Assembly (NCBI GenBank): GCA_965235115.1
Contig: OZ249437.1
Coordinates: forward strand, 47,740,001-47,804,000
From: Laetmonice hystrix
Lineage: Eukaryota
Length of the DNA: 64,000 nt
Direction: 5' to 3'
Below, piece after piece: positions 28,081 to 41,285 of this stretch. Under the pieces are notes generated by a model. That model was not told the DNA's origin, ran no database searches, and saw nothing but the letters and a program-made list of their open reading frames with translations. The number at the start of each line of letters is the position of its first letter. Within the stretch, counting starts at the first letter, position 1. A program made the position numbers and the translations under genes.

Positions 28081-31000
28081 AATAATTATGTTTCCATAGC
28101 AATACTATGGCAGGATAAGGCGCGCCCATGATGGAAGCAGTACAAATCTGGGGTTGGTGAGGAAGTACTCTAACGGCTACCGTGTCAAATGAGAGAAAGC
28201 AACATTTACAAATCCGTCTCTAATCGAACGGCCAACGTTCCATGGTTTGCTTTCACCTGCCACTTTTAAGTGTGGCTAATCATCCAATAGGTAAGGTGAG
28301 GGCGGCATGAGCTAAAAGGTCCATATTAAACAGCGATTTTCCATTCGAGGTTGATGAGCCCTGCTAATGACAGGTAACCCCGCCCTTGAAAGGCTGTGAA
28401 TCCCAACTGTAAGCGGTGGGTCCTGCTCAACTACTCGGAATACATTTGATCATGGACGGGTTCTTTGATCAAAGGAACAGTGAATTGATCACATAATTAC
28501 CACCAGCCGTTTCTTTTACTCTCCAGCTAAATCCCTGTCTCTTTAACATATCGGACTTACCCTCCACTTGATTCCCTTGGAATGACACGAAAGTATCGCC
28601 ACCCTCAGAGATTAGGTCACACATTACCCGGGTGACTGATTACTCCAGAATCATGTTGGCGCAAACCCTACGAAAATCCCCTTTACCAAGTCGCAATTCT
28701 CAACAAATATTCTGAACGTATTTAAAATTCCAATTTAAAGGTGCACAATAGCGTGTCATTCTTTATTATTAGGGGTCTTAGGAAAATGCCATTGAAGCAA
28801 GCCCTAAATCCATCACCAGACTGACAAATACAGGTCTGCCCTTGTGATGGCATGGCCGCCTCCCAGAAAAAAAAACCCTCGTAGATACTTCACACCAAAC
28901 AGAGACAAGAAATAGGACGCCATCCTGCCTGATTTTTCAGTCTGTCTTTGTCGAGGCCAGATGTGCAGGCCATTGCAGCAATCGTTAAATATATGGCCTG
29001 AGTCGAGTGTACTCCCTAACATGATCTTGATCATTCAGCTCCCCTCCTGTCCGACCTCCACAAAAACTTCCTAATCCACCTCAGTAAGGAAAAATATAAC
29101 AGAAGTTCTCAAATAGCTCTGTCCGAGCAGGATTTTCTCTTCCGTATATAAAGCCAGGAATCCATGTGTCGTATAGTGCGTATTGCGTAGTGCGTAATCA
29201 AAACAATGAAAACACGCATCACGCACTACACATGGAATCACTCCAACTTGGTTTCACTGATTTTGAGGAATACGCACTTTGTCACCATGTAATGAGTCTT
29301 GCCAGTACCTTCTCTCGTACTGGACATAGATTAGTCTCAACCCATACTGACGTCAATGTTGGCAGATCTGACACGGAATCTGAACTCTAGGAGGGCAACA
29401 TAAGAATTTGGTCCTGTTGATTAACTTCAGATAACTATTAACTCTATTGAAACGTTCGCTTCCTTGGTACAGCACTTAAAACGATATTTTCCACACGAAA
29501 ACGCAAGTGGTACCGTAGGCAGCAATTCCCATTTCATCTACAAAACGTAATATGACTCTCGTGTTTCCATCAAAGTAGCAATGGTGGAGCGAGGAGATGG
29601 AAGTCTGGATGGCTCTCCTGTTGGTCTGTCTGTTTTACCAAGAGACGCAGAGGGAGTCAAAGCCTAGCAAAAGATGACTGGTAACCAGAGGACCAGCTTC
29701 CCAAAGGAAAATAGGCTGGCATCAGTCATTACTGTCACCATGTGGCGCTTCAATTAATCCTCCTCTCAACCCAAAGAGGAAGGATGGCCATGCAACCAAA
29801 TTACCTCTGGGAGTTAGGATTATGCATCATTGGCCGGGGGGACGACTGGTCAAATGAGGGAACCCGCTATGCCTTTAGAGTTCAATAGGAAGCAGCTGCT
29901 CAGAATGCCAATTGACAGCATATAGAAACCATTTGGAGCAATATCTGAGAACCTGTGCGACACCCACTGATAGGTGTAGAAATAACACGGCATAACCTTT
30001 TGGTCTGCCAGAATCTTCATTATGCGGACTTATTACAGCACTCAGGTCCCCTCGACAAACTCTGCAGACCTAAGTATCATAGGATACAGTATATAACTGA
30101 CAGCGACAGACACCAACATGTCCACTTCACACTGTTACTATAGTACTCTTCTTCTGAACAGCTCTGTCAACAGCGTGGTACACTGAGATTCCCTTGCCTT
30201 TGAAATATCACATATTTTAATGATAATTGAAGAAGTGTATTTCTTGTTGAAATTACTCTTCTCACTATTACAGGAAAAGTAAGAAGCGCGTGCTCGAAAT
30301 TCTCAAAACGATATATGCATGGGAAATCCCACGCATTAAAACGTACACTTTCTGTTTTTACTACATGTACGTGATGAGGCAGACATTAGAGTCCTTTAAT
30401 TTGCCACTATCAGTTCTTTATAATCTTGCAATATTCATAATTTCCTGAAATCGAAACCATGTTTTACCAAATTGCAATCAGAAGACATTTCTTATAATGC
30501 ACGTGAAAAGCCATGCCTGATAAAGGATGTACGATCTCTATTTTCTCAATAACTTTCCTCTGGTCAACATGCAGCAGACTTTTACACTTAATAAAACCTT
30601 CCAATGAAAACGATGCTAATACGCCGACGTGCGTTCACAGGGAATTTAAAAGTAATTTCCCATTAAAACGATCAGGCATTTCACCCAGGGTATCGTTCTG
30701 TGTATAAGACGGGAGATAACAACGTTTACAATCCGTAGATGGCAAAGTTTAAGTGGCAGGCAGCCATTCTTGGTCATATACATGTAGAAGGATTTGATGT
30801 TCTGCATTTACAGTATTTGATACGGAGTAAGCAAAAGATTAATCTCTTGTTTCAAAATCACAGGTCGGCAGACAAATTACTGAATCGATGTTATCTTGCT
30901 GTCTTTATTACATGATACAGTTTGAAGGCACCTGTGGTACGAAATGATACTATATTACTCTGTAAACTTACAGAACAAACATTCTTTTTGCGAATCCTCG

Positions 31001-31439
31001 ATTTATTTGGTCTGGAGTGGTAGACTGACGGAGCTCCACTTCTAAAGGATTTGTTCTACAGGTCACCGACCTGCCCCTGTCGAGACCCAAGGCACGCGTT
31101 CACAATCCCTGCTTTAAATTCGTTTGTTTCTGTGTTTGAGAAGATTTGTTGTTTTGAAAGCCCCCCTGCTTCATGGATTGATGCCATGAGGAGGGTCAAA
31201 GGTTCCCAGCGGCAATAAGTAACACTTTTTCGATGTCACTGTGGGCAAATGAACCGAGGCTCTTGATGTTTCCGGGGACAAATGGCCCCGGGTAAAAATC
31301 CATGGGACCTGTGCAACCTGTTTGTGTTCGGACTGAAACTCCTACATTTTAATACGCCTCCTTCAAAGCTCTACCATTGGCAGATGCAGGGCTCACAAAG
31401 CACGCTTCCTATGTACAGTGGGGCTTTCAGCTTTAACAT

Positions 31440-31560
31440 CGGTACCAATCATGGGATTTTCAACAAGTGCTACCTCAATAATGCAACCATTCCTTTCTGT
31501 GAATTTTTTTTTTTTCAGAAAATCTGTCAGACCCATGAAACTTAAGGCCCTCGCTCCGAT
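31440..31560 (+). mobile_element. LINE RT remnant
   Basis: IFNKCYLNNATIP followed in another frame by DP*NLRPSL, resembling LFNxCL..GxIP...DPxNYRPISL. Confidence 0.3.
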
Positions 31561-31780
31561 TTTGAGAGACACCTCACAAGTCCACATACCAGCAGACGTG
31601 TACTTGAAATCGAAGTAATCGAAATTAATGACCTGAACTCTTCTTCCTTCTGGCAGGGAATTGTCTCGACTAGTGCTTGACCCATGGGTACGGCACAACC
31701 CCTGCTCGTTCCAAAGACCTAGGTTCAGGTATTACCGTAAGTTGTCCACCTGCCTACACCTCACCATGCACTCAATCACA

Positions 31781-31860
31781 CCCCGTGTGAGGCACGCCCC
31801 ATCACATCCCGTGTGAGGCACGCCCCATCACATCCCGTGTGAGGCACGCCCCATCCACAT
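31781..31860. repeat. 26-bp tandem repeat, 3 copies
   Basis: CCCGTGTGAGGCACGCCCCATCACAT x3. Confidence 0.9.
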
Positions 31861-32029
31861 CACCACAACCAACCTGACACCAGATATGCACGCGAACATT
31901 AGTATGGCACTGATTTATAGTTGTATATCAGAATTCACCAAGAGTTATCGCTTTCACTATATTACAGTTTCCGAGTCAAACATGTATCATATATCTTGAG
32001 AAACTTTTAAATTAAACAAAAACGGTTCA

Positions 32030-32361
32030 TTACAATGAATACGTCAGTTATTCAGTGTGTATTGCTATACTGTACTAGCATTATACAGATAGCAATTACA
32101 ATGAATACGTCAGTTATTCAGTGTATATTGCTACTACTGTACTAGCATTATACAGATAGCAATTACAATGAATACGTCAGTTATTCAGTGTATATTGCTA
32201 CTACTGTACTAGCATTATACAGACAGCAATTACAATGAATACGTCAGTTATTCAGTGTATATTGCTACTACTGTACTAGCATTATACAGATAGCAATTAC
32301 AATGAATACGTCAGTTATTCAGTGTATATTGCTACTACTGTACTAGCATTATACAGATAGC
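32030..32361. repeat. Minisatellite, 67-bp unit, 5 copies
   Basis: TTACAATGAATACGTCAG starts at 32030, 32096, 32163, 32230 and 32297. Confidence 0.95.
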
Positions 32362-34479
32362 TATTTCGCCACACAATGATGATTTTAAAGGCCTGTTCAA
32401 GAAACATTATTTCCTGATAACTTAACACTTTGCCGGGAGCTTTTTTGAATAAATCCATGAAAAAAATATCGCAAGAGTTGTTGATTTTTAAACTTTGCTT
32501 CAATCTCTTGTTAGCCAATCCATCACTGACAGAGCACTGCATATGAACATAGATGATGAATAGAGACAATTAAAGAAAACTTGGAGAACCATCTTCCTCT
32601 TTATCGGATTCATCGTTGGGGAATATACATTTTTACATCATTTATAATGCCTATTCATCAAAAATATAAGACCTTTTTTATGGAACGGAGGGGAGAGTCC
32701 CTGTACCATTCCGAGGCTTGTTAGCAGGCTGGTCCTTGATGCTACCATATAACTCTTGATGTCGGACGTCTCTCATGATGGTCACTCAACTATCAAATAA
32801 CCCCCCCCCCCCCCCACCCCTCCGTCACGGCCTGTATCCTCCACACAACCGCCTCTTCCAACACCTCCACGTGTCCGCAGACATGGGAGCACTGGCCAAC
32901 GTGTTTAAACAACTCGCCCGCGCGGGATATCCTGGCACGCAGTGGAGAACCTATTCTCCACCTCAGATGGCTTGTCATACACAAACTGTCGAACGATACC
33001 TCAGTCAGCATAGAAAACAGAATGACAAGTGCTTTGACAAAAAAAAGAACAGTTCCATGTACAGGAAAATTTTTGCAAGGAGAAGATAACAAGTATGGAT
33101 TTAGAAGAGCTTGGAAGTCGCTTCCTTCGATAATACAAAGGATGCCAGAATTAGAGATGCATGGAATGTATTATCAAATGCAAATTCTAAACTTCCAGCT
33201 TTGACGTTTGCGTCTTTTTTGGAAACAATGATAAAACACGGCAGTAGTGATGGCAATTTCAGAAAGAAATCCCAACAGCAACAGTAATTTAAAAATTGTA
33301 TTGCGTTCCGTCCGGAATATCAATACTACCACAGGGTGGGCACATGAAACGCGTGATGCACCCCATGTTTATTATTTCAATGTGATGGCTCTTGGCCGCA
33401 CTCAATGGAGATTCCATTTAGGTTTGGGGCGGGGGAGGTGGTGGGGGATGTCATGGGATGGAATAATGGACAATAGAGGCGGCACAGTCCCGAGCCAGGT
33501 CACACACCGGGGACCAGAAGGCCTGGCCTCCATTTGGTCAGCCAACGCTCAATGGGCGCACATTTCACCCAGCCACATCTACATGACGACATAGGAAGTT
33601 AGCAATTCATGAGGCTGGGGTTTGTTTGTAGTCATGTACTGCTCTCAGTACTGACTGCAGCTGGCAGGTGCCGGGGCCGGAGAACGGGAAGGCACCACTG
33701 TTGTTTCCAACCGCGCCAGTATCCTTTCAGAGGGTCAGTGACCCCAGCAAACCGTCAAAAATGTATTCAGTCCGGCTTACGACTAATCCTCGTATCCAAT
33801 GCCCGCCTACTCGAGGATTCACAATGACCACCTATCATGGCTGTGGGGCACACCTGACCCCGCGGGAGGGGGTGGGGGCTAAGACCTTTTTTCCCAACAC
33901 AGGGCCCGTAATTTTGTCAAGCAAAACCTCTTTCATTAAATTAATAAATAAAGGGCCTGTGTTTCGTCATTAAAAGTTGTATAAAGTCATTGCAAAATGT
34001 ATAGTGTATACATCCCTCTCCCAAACCTCCTCATGCAACTGTGCCGCATATAAACGTCAAGCCTCACATCAGTCAATTAGAGTCTTTATAGTCTAATGTA
34101 CTCGCCTGCCCAAATAATCAAATGACGTAAAGTCACTTCTGAAATATAAATACCATTCAGTTTATAGTAACTTAATTAGCACAGATGGGCGGCCGAGTTA
34201 CCTCGGCCAGCAGATTGCCCCGGGGGGGGGGAGTTGCTTCGGAGCAGCAGTGAGAACCTGACCCTAGTTTCTCACTTCAAGAGGTGCTCTGCCCTAATGT
34301 TCAATCTTTTCCCTTTCACTATAAACGTCAGAAACATAACAACTCTGGTGACACAGAAAAGACAGTGGTACAAAAGGAGTAATGAATTCGAGGTATGCAC
34401 TGCTGGAGAACAAATGAAAACTGTCTTTATTCTGTGCGGATTGGGACACTCCAATATGACGTGAAAGAAGTCAACTGGA

Positions 34480-34680
34480 ATTTAACGATGACTGATTTGA
34501 AGGGTGTTTACAATGGTGTTGATACCGGGCGGCCGGGGATTCTGTGCCATACTAACAGCCTTTGGTCGACTTGGAGCCAGTGGTGACTGCATACAATGTG
34601 GGCCACAGCGGAACTACCCTCATTTGCATAGGAACAATACCTGTCTTGACGGGTGACATGTTGAGTGGCGTCATTTCCGG
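34480..34680 (+). mobile_element. Possible Gypsy aspartic protease remnant
   Basis: GVDTG, then in another frame VVTAYN...LICIGTIPV, which resembles LTAYNGxxIxCxGT. Confidence 0.3.
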
Positions 34681-34730
34681 TAATTGACATCCGGACTGAT
34701 CGGTATGGTTGCCTCAGGTTAACTCACGGC

Positions 34731-34985
34731 TAAAGCGGGTAATACACGTTACGATTTTTGTTGTTGTTGTCGCCGACGACGTATTTGTCGCCGACAAAAA
34801 ATCGTAAGTCGCAGCGTGTATCACCCGCTTTAAGTTTAGCACTGCTAGATTTCTTCCGACCCGACGATTCGTCCCCGACGATTGTTGTAGGGTATAATAC
34901 ACCACGTCACGACTTACGACTGTCACAACTGTTATTAGCGCTAAAAACTGGGTTGCGACGGAAAATCGCAGCGTGTATCACCCGC
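34731..34985. mobile_element. PIF/Harbinger (Tourist-like) MITE with an extra right terminus
   Basis: TIR AAAGCGGGTAATACACG (34732) pairs with CGTGTATCACCCGCTTT (about 34815-34831), with TWA-like flanks. A second AATCGCAGCGTGTATCACCCGC ends near 34984. Confidence 0.6.
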
Positions 34986-35284
34986 AAGCTACTTGCCACC
35001 TGGGCATTGATCAGAGCCTCTTTCTCTTCCAGTGTCCAGGAAACCACATGTTCGAAAACCTTGGCCCTTCAGTGACGTCACACGTGGGTCGCCAGCATGC
35101 CGTTCTCAGTACGATTACGAGACAACCCGGCGATGGTCCGCCTGCCCAGTGATAATAGAATCAGGCATCGGATTTAAATCGTGGCGGTTAAAACGGAATG
35201 ATATCCCACATCTGTCCCGGGGGTCTGGTTATTACTGATATCGTTAATATCGTAAAATGCATATGAGTCCCTGGATACTGGCAT

Positions 35285-36030
35285 CCAGTGTAGACGGCCA
35301 TGTGACGGATATGTTTCCTGTATGGCCGAGCCGTGCGGTCTCTGATCCCAGTGTAGACGGCCATGTGATGTTTCCTGTATGGCCGAGCCGTGGGGTCTCT
35401 GATCCAGTGTAGACGGCCATGTGATGTTTCCTGTGTGACCGAGCCGTGGGGTCTCTGATCCAGTGTAGACGGCCATGTGATGTTTCCTGTGTGACCGAGC
35501 CGTGGGGTCTCTGATCCAGTGTAGACGGCCATGTGATGTTTCCTGTATGGCCGAGCCGTGCGGTCTCTGATCCCAGTGTAGACGGCCATGTGATGTTTCC
35601 TGTGTGACCGAGCCGTGCGGTCTCTGATCCCAGTGTAGACGGCCATGTGATGTTTCCTGTGTGACCGAGCCGTGGGGTCTCTGATCCCAGTGTAGACGGC
35701 CATGTGATGTTTCCTGTATGGCCGAGCCGTGCGGTCTCTGATCCCAGTGTAGACGGCCATGTGATGTTTCCTGTATGGCCGAGCCGTGCGGTCTCTGATC
35801 CCAGTGTAGACGGCCATGTGATGTTTCCTGTGTGACCGAGCCGTGCGGTCTCTGATCCCAGTGTAGACGGCCATGTGATGTTTCCTGTGTGACCGAGCCG
35901 TGGGGTCTCTGATCCAGTGTAGACGGCTATGTGACGGATTTGTTTCCTATGTGGCCGGACCTAAGGCCGGACCGAGCCGTGGGGTGAAATGGTATCCAGT
36001 CTCTGATCCAGTGTAGACGGCCATGTGATG
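35285..36030. repeat. Minisatellite, 56-57-bp unit, about 13 copies
   Basis: CCAGTGTAGACGGCCATGTGATGTTTCCTG... repeated. This accounts for the 228-aa minus-strand repeat ORF. Confidence 0.95.
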
Positions 36031-38426
36031 GATACGTATCCTGTGTGGTCAGTCCTTAAGGAGACGCCCTTGTGGCTCCTTTCCCCCCTGACATATCACG
36101 GGCTTTCACTCATGTCGGCCAAGGCTACATAAAACGGCATCTTCTCCGATGTCTTCTAAGACTTATTAGGAACTCAATGATGGCTCTGGGTAATTACACT
36201 AATTACATCGACCTGGATGCTTGCGGCCTAATAGACTGAGACACACTGTTTTTTCCACCTACTGGCAAAGATTCCATGCTCGCCCTAAGGCCTAGCAAAT
36301 ACCTATTAACAGAGGTCCCTGGTGTCCATTTAGCTTACCACCCAATATGTCAATTAACATTGATTCTTTGTACCAAGCAACCACTCTGGGCTGCTGCGGC
36401 GGCGGCACCGGAGGCAGGGCAAAGCTAGCAGTCAAGGCAGGTGTGAAGGGGTGCTCCGGTAGAGAAATACAAGTGTGAGACTGGTGGAGAGTGCGAACTG
36501 TGAGCCAAACCCTCCCATCCGGAAGCCCTTCGGTCAACGCATGGCTGCCACTCTGACTGCAAATTAGTTTACATACTGTAGTTACTGTTCGGGACTTGCG
36601 CTCCATACCAAGCGTGCCAATGAAAGGATTGTCAAATGGCTAGAATATACATTGGTACCTTTCAGACCGCCTTAGGCCGTTTCACCTCTGAAAAATGTCT
36701 CGCCTGAAAGTGAGGAGCTGGAGAGGGGACTAAATCAGGGGATGCTGATCTATGCACGCTGGAAAACTGTGTTTAAAGTTTATCTTCGCCTAATTAACAA
36801 ACCTCCATTTGGGTTTATTTTTTCCACGTTATAAATCCCCGGTTTGTGTCATTTCATCTTGATTTCATCTTGGGACTGTGTACCCAATATGGCCACATTT
36901 CACATTGAAAAGGTTATATAATAGCCCTGGAATGTTTTGAAATTTGAAAGAAGCAAAGGCATGGTTACAAAACAAATCAATACAGACATTCTTTACTACT
37001 ATTCCATTCAGAAGCATCTGAATATTGTCCCATATTACATGAACACAAACAATACACGAGCACATCATCCTCAATCATGAAGTTTGAACAATGTCGCCTT
37101 CGAATGGCAACAACGCACACCGAAAACCGCCTTATCCTTTGCGACTTTGTCAATAGCATTACATCTCATCATTCTTTCAGTCATTCTAGCATTTCGACAA
37201 TAACACTGGATTTCAATGCTTCAACGTGTATAGAACTTAAAGTGTTCAAAAATTAATCCGAAGCGGGAAGCTACTGTAAAAGCCCAAGAACTTAGAGAGT
37301 CAACAAATGAGAGAGTAAGAGACACAAGCCCTGCCCAATTAAATGTATTTGGGTCACTAAATAACAGAGCCACGGGAATGTCCTAATGTCCACTTCTGAG
37401 TAATATGGTCAACCGTCCACTGTAATCTCCGTGGGCTAACGGCCAGTGGTCACCTGGGCTGGCCCACATATTGGGGCTCCGTCCACGGTGGCCCAGATAT
37501 TTATCTACTTGTTGTCGAGACAATGATCCGGTTTGGGGGGGAGTTCGTGCAGGTCGGCCAGGACCAGGCGATCCTGTTTGGTTATCACGAAACGGTGATC
37601 TAGAAGATTCAACTGGACAAGGTGGCAGCCATGGCGGCTGACCACATCTTAGATCTGTTCATCGTCCGCTGCCAGAGTACTCCATACCTTCTCTGCTGTC
37701 AGGCCCGCCCACCTATACAACAGTCCTCACAGAATGACAAGCACACGCGTTTACCGTCTTTCATTTGTGTGCGCAAATTGTATTTCCTATTACTGTGCCT
37801 CCTTAGGAGGCCGTGGGGAGCTGCAAATATCTATTCAAGTCAGCAGCTTTAGGGTTTTCTCCTTCAAGTAATGTGCCTCCCAATGTGCCTGTCCCTGAAT
37901 GAGAGAGAGAGCCAGCAGTGGGCAGTAATGGTTCCACCATGCAAGACGAGCATCAAAGCAAATTTACCCATTCAACCATCCATCACAGCTGAATCAAAAA
38001 GACATTCTGAACCGCCGTCCCTCAACCACCTTATGAAATATATATGTTGAATCTCTGTACAAGCCAGGGCCCTAAAGGTGGCCTGGGTAGTGCCAGCCTG
38101 GCAGTGGCCGGTCGTTCACATGGTCCATGACCGGCCCATGTTGAGGACATTCGATTATAGCAGAACGTTGGGAAACAATGGCTCCAGCAGGTCGCCGTCA
38201 CGTCTCCGCTGGGACCGGGTTCGGGGACACGAGGGCCCTGCCATTAGCCTCTGTTTAGCCCCTAAATGTAATTACTTAGCCGGTGATTTTGATCAGCATG
38301 AGCTTCCAGACTTTGGTCGCCGCCCCACCCGCTCAACGTCATCAATGAGTCCAAAAGGCATTACATACTCAATGGACCTTAAACGTGTATCCAATACATG
38401 ACGGGCAGGGTAGGAACCGAGAAGTT

Positions 38427-39151
38427 AGACCCCAGAGGTTTAGCGGGTCACCAGCACGAGACTCGGCCAAGTCTGACTGGTGACACTAAGTTAAGGTAGA
38501 CCCCAGAGGTTTAGCGGGTCACCAGCACGAGACTCGGCCAAGTCTGACTGGTGACACTAAGTTAAGGTAGACCCCAGAGTCGGGTCACCAGCACGACACT
38601 CGGCCAAGTCTGACTGGTGACACTAAGTTAAGGTAGACCCCAGAGTCGGGTCACCAGCACGAGACTCGGCCAAGTCTGACTGGTGACACTAAGTTAAGGT
38701 AGACCCCAGAGTCGGGTCACCAGCACGAGACTCGGCCAAGTCTGACTGGTGACACTAAGTTAAGGTAGACCCCAGAGTCGGGTCACCAGCACGACACTCG
38801 GCCAAGTCTGACTGGTGACACTAAGTTAAGGTAGACCCCAGAGTCGGGTCACCAGCACGAGACTCGGCCAAGTCTGACTGGTGACACTAAGTTAAGGTAG
38901 ACCCCAGAGTCGGGTCACCAGCACGACACTCGGCCAAGTCTGACTGGTGACACTAAGTTAAGGTAGACCCCAGAGTCGGGTCACCAGCACGACACTCGGC
39001 CAAGTCTGACTGGTGACACTAAGTTAAGGTAGACCCCAGAGTCGGGTCACCAGCACGACACTCGGCCAAGTCTGACTGGTGACACTAAGTTAAGGTAGAC
39101 CCCAGAGTCGGGTCACCAGCACGGCACTCGGCCAAGTCTGACTGGTGACAC
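38427..39151. repeat. Minisatellite, 66-bp unit (first two units 71 bp), about 11 copies
   Basis: AGACCCCAGAG starts at 38427, 38498 and 38569, then every 66 bp to 39097. Confidence 0.97.
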
Positions 39152-41285
39152 TGGAAGGAACTGGTGAAACTTCCTGCTCTTCGCGCTCTTACAAGCAGGA
39201 GTCAGCAGGCAACAGCTGCACCGTACACCAGAGGGCGTTAAATCATGATAGAGAAACGACGCCAAGACTTAAAGGTGCTATTCGTGAAAAAAAAAAATCA
39301 ATTTTTTTATTTTTTATTTTGTTGACGTTTATGTGATCCCACCTATCATGGAAATAGATTCAAACCAAAGGAAATCAAAATTTTTCATGGATAACGGCAC
39401 AAATGGGGCTCTCTCAGAAGGCCTGTGGAGACCCTGACACGCCCCACCATAGGAAATGGCTCTATCTCGGTGCGCACCGAGATAGGTTTCAAATGCTGCA
39501 CACAAACTAATAGAAGGTTTATCAGACCAATGGTATCGGTAGGAATTTTTTCTAGTACTATGTGCACAATGTATGATAGGAGAAATGTCATTCTGTGCGA
39601 GACGAATAGCACCTTTAATACAATATCCTATCGTAACAATCCTTCAGACATCTACCATCCCCCGAGTTCTGTCCAGCCGGCAGACTGGCACGGGCTACAG
39701 TCACACCTTGTACGTGTCCAAGACGGGAGGTACGGTAGCCTCAAGGACATTACGAATCAAATAAAATAACTCACGTCTGACATACAGGTATATAGAGAAC
39801 AGTGTGAGACAGCTTTCAGCGTATAGCATACCACTGCTCTGATCAGATTTATCTTTTGCTAAAAAAATCATAGAAAAAAGGTATTCTCTTGTCAGACTGC
39901 TAGCTGCACACTGGCAAAAAAAAACCTGATACAGTAAAAATATATCACCGTTTCATTTCCATTTCTCTAATCAGTACGAGACTACTGTGATATTTCAGTT
40001 TTATGGTAATGTTGAAGAGGTCCATATTAAGAGTACCTCACGTCGAGTCAAGTTTTTTCTAAGGTTTATTTTTAACAACTCAATAACTGCCAGAGTAATA
40101 ATGTTGATCAGGGCAAAAAGATAGAGAGCTATGCAAAAGGTGGGGGGGGGGCTATTTTAAAATTGCTGAAGTACACTCGCTAGATAAAATCCCAGCGGCA
40201 CGGTCGCAGACCAGTAGTAAAGGAAGAACAATAATATTTAAGTTGTGTAAAACCTGCAAAAAGGTGTGTATAAATTGGATGTCCCTACTGATATGACGAC
40301 CATTTGAATGAGAACAAATACGCGGTGGCTGAATAATACGACTGACTCTAGCACGGACCTTCTAGATGCCGCTGAAGGTCGAATTCGACAATTAGACAAC
40401 TTAGGCCAGTTATAACAGTTATAGTACATATCCGTCGTATCTAGTACATCTCACTGTGAAATCAAATTGATTTTAATTGTTTTATATACACTGTTTCAAT
40501 TACCAAATTGATCAAATTTTGGTGTGTTCCTCTAGTTCCTTCAATGGTTTCAAAAATATTTTTTAAGGTAAATCGTAGTAAATTGCATTTTCCTTATGAA
40601 ATGCTGTCACACAGAGAGCAGTACTGGTAAAGGGGATCAGAAGCAGCTTGTCTCTGGTCACAACTCTCTTATTTCTTTCTCAGATCTCTTTGAGTCTTTT
40701 CTTTAAATGGCACGATATCTTGAGCGACACGGGCATATATTACATTATGAAGATTCAGTGTGCACTGTCGCATGTCACCAATTCATAAGCAATCAATATG
40801 ATAACGGATACTCATAAAAAATATTTCCAATTATCCTGGGATGAAGGGTAAAGGTTAAACAAAAATAAATCAAAAGTAGTGTTAATAAAAATGCATGAGT
40901 CTATTCTTGGATAAAACCACATCTTTAAAAAATGCCGTTTTAATATAACTTCTCGGAAGTTAGGAACTAACTTTTTAGTCTACTTTTCATTAAAACTTGT
41001 ACGGCGTAGGTGTTATTAAAGTCACTCATACATAATGAATGTACTCTACCGTCAAACAAACTACTTTTCCATTTAGCATGTTCAATGCAGGTTTTCTTTC
41101 ACGAAATGCTTTCTAGCTTTCGTCACCGAACAATCCTCCTAAAATGTTCTTACAAGAATAGACTTGTAGTAGATCTGCTATCAACATGTGTCTGATAGAA
41201 AATGCCATCAAAAGGCTGTACAGCAGCAAAGGCACTGTTACTCTCGAGACACTGTGTCAGAATTAAAAGACATACCTTTGTTGAT

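Noticed and set aside
32570-32640. MRGBP exon 3 candidate (IFPNDESD)
   Set aside because: No in-phase acceptor, an in-frame stop follows shortly, and the match is only 3-4 residues.
39385-39500. MRGBP exon 3 candidate (HLKPISVRTEIEPFPM)
   Set aside because: This is the only PFP-encoding site found downstream of the exon. The acceptor is weak, the segment overlaps the palindrome, the sequence after PFP does not resemble NxExxFxLP, and there is no suitable donor.
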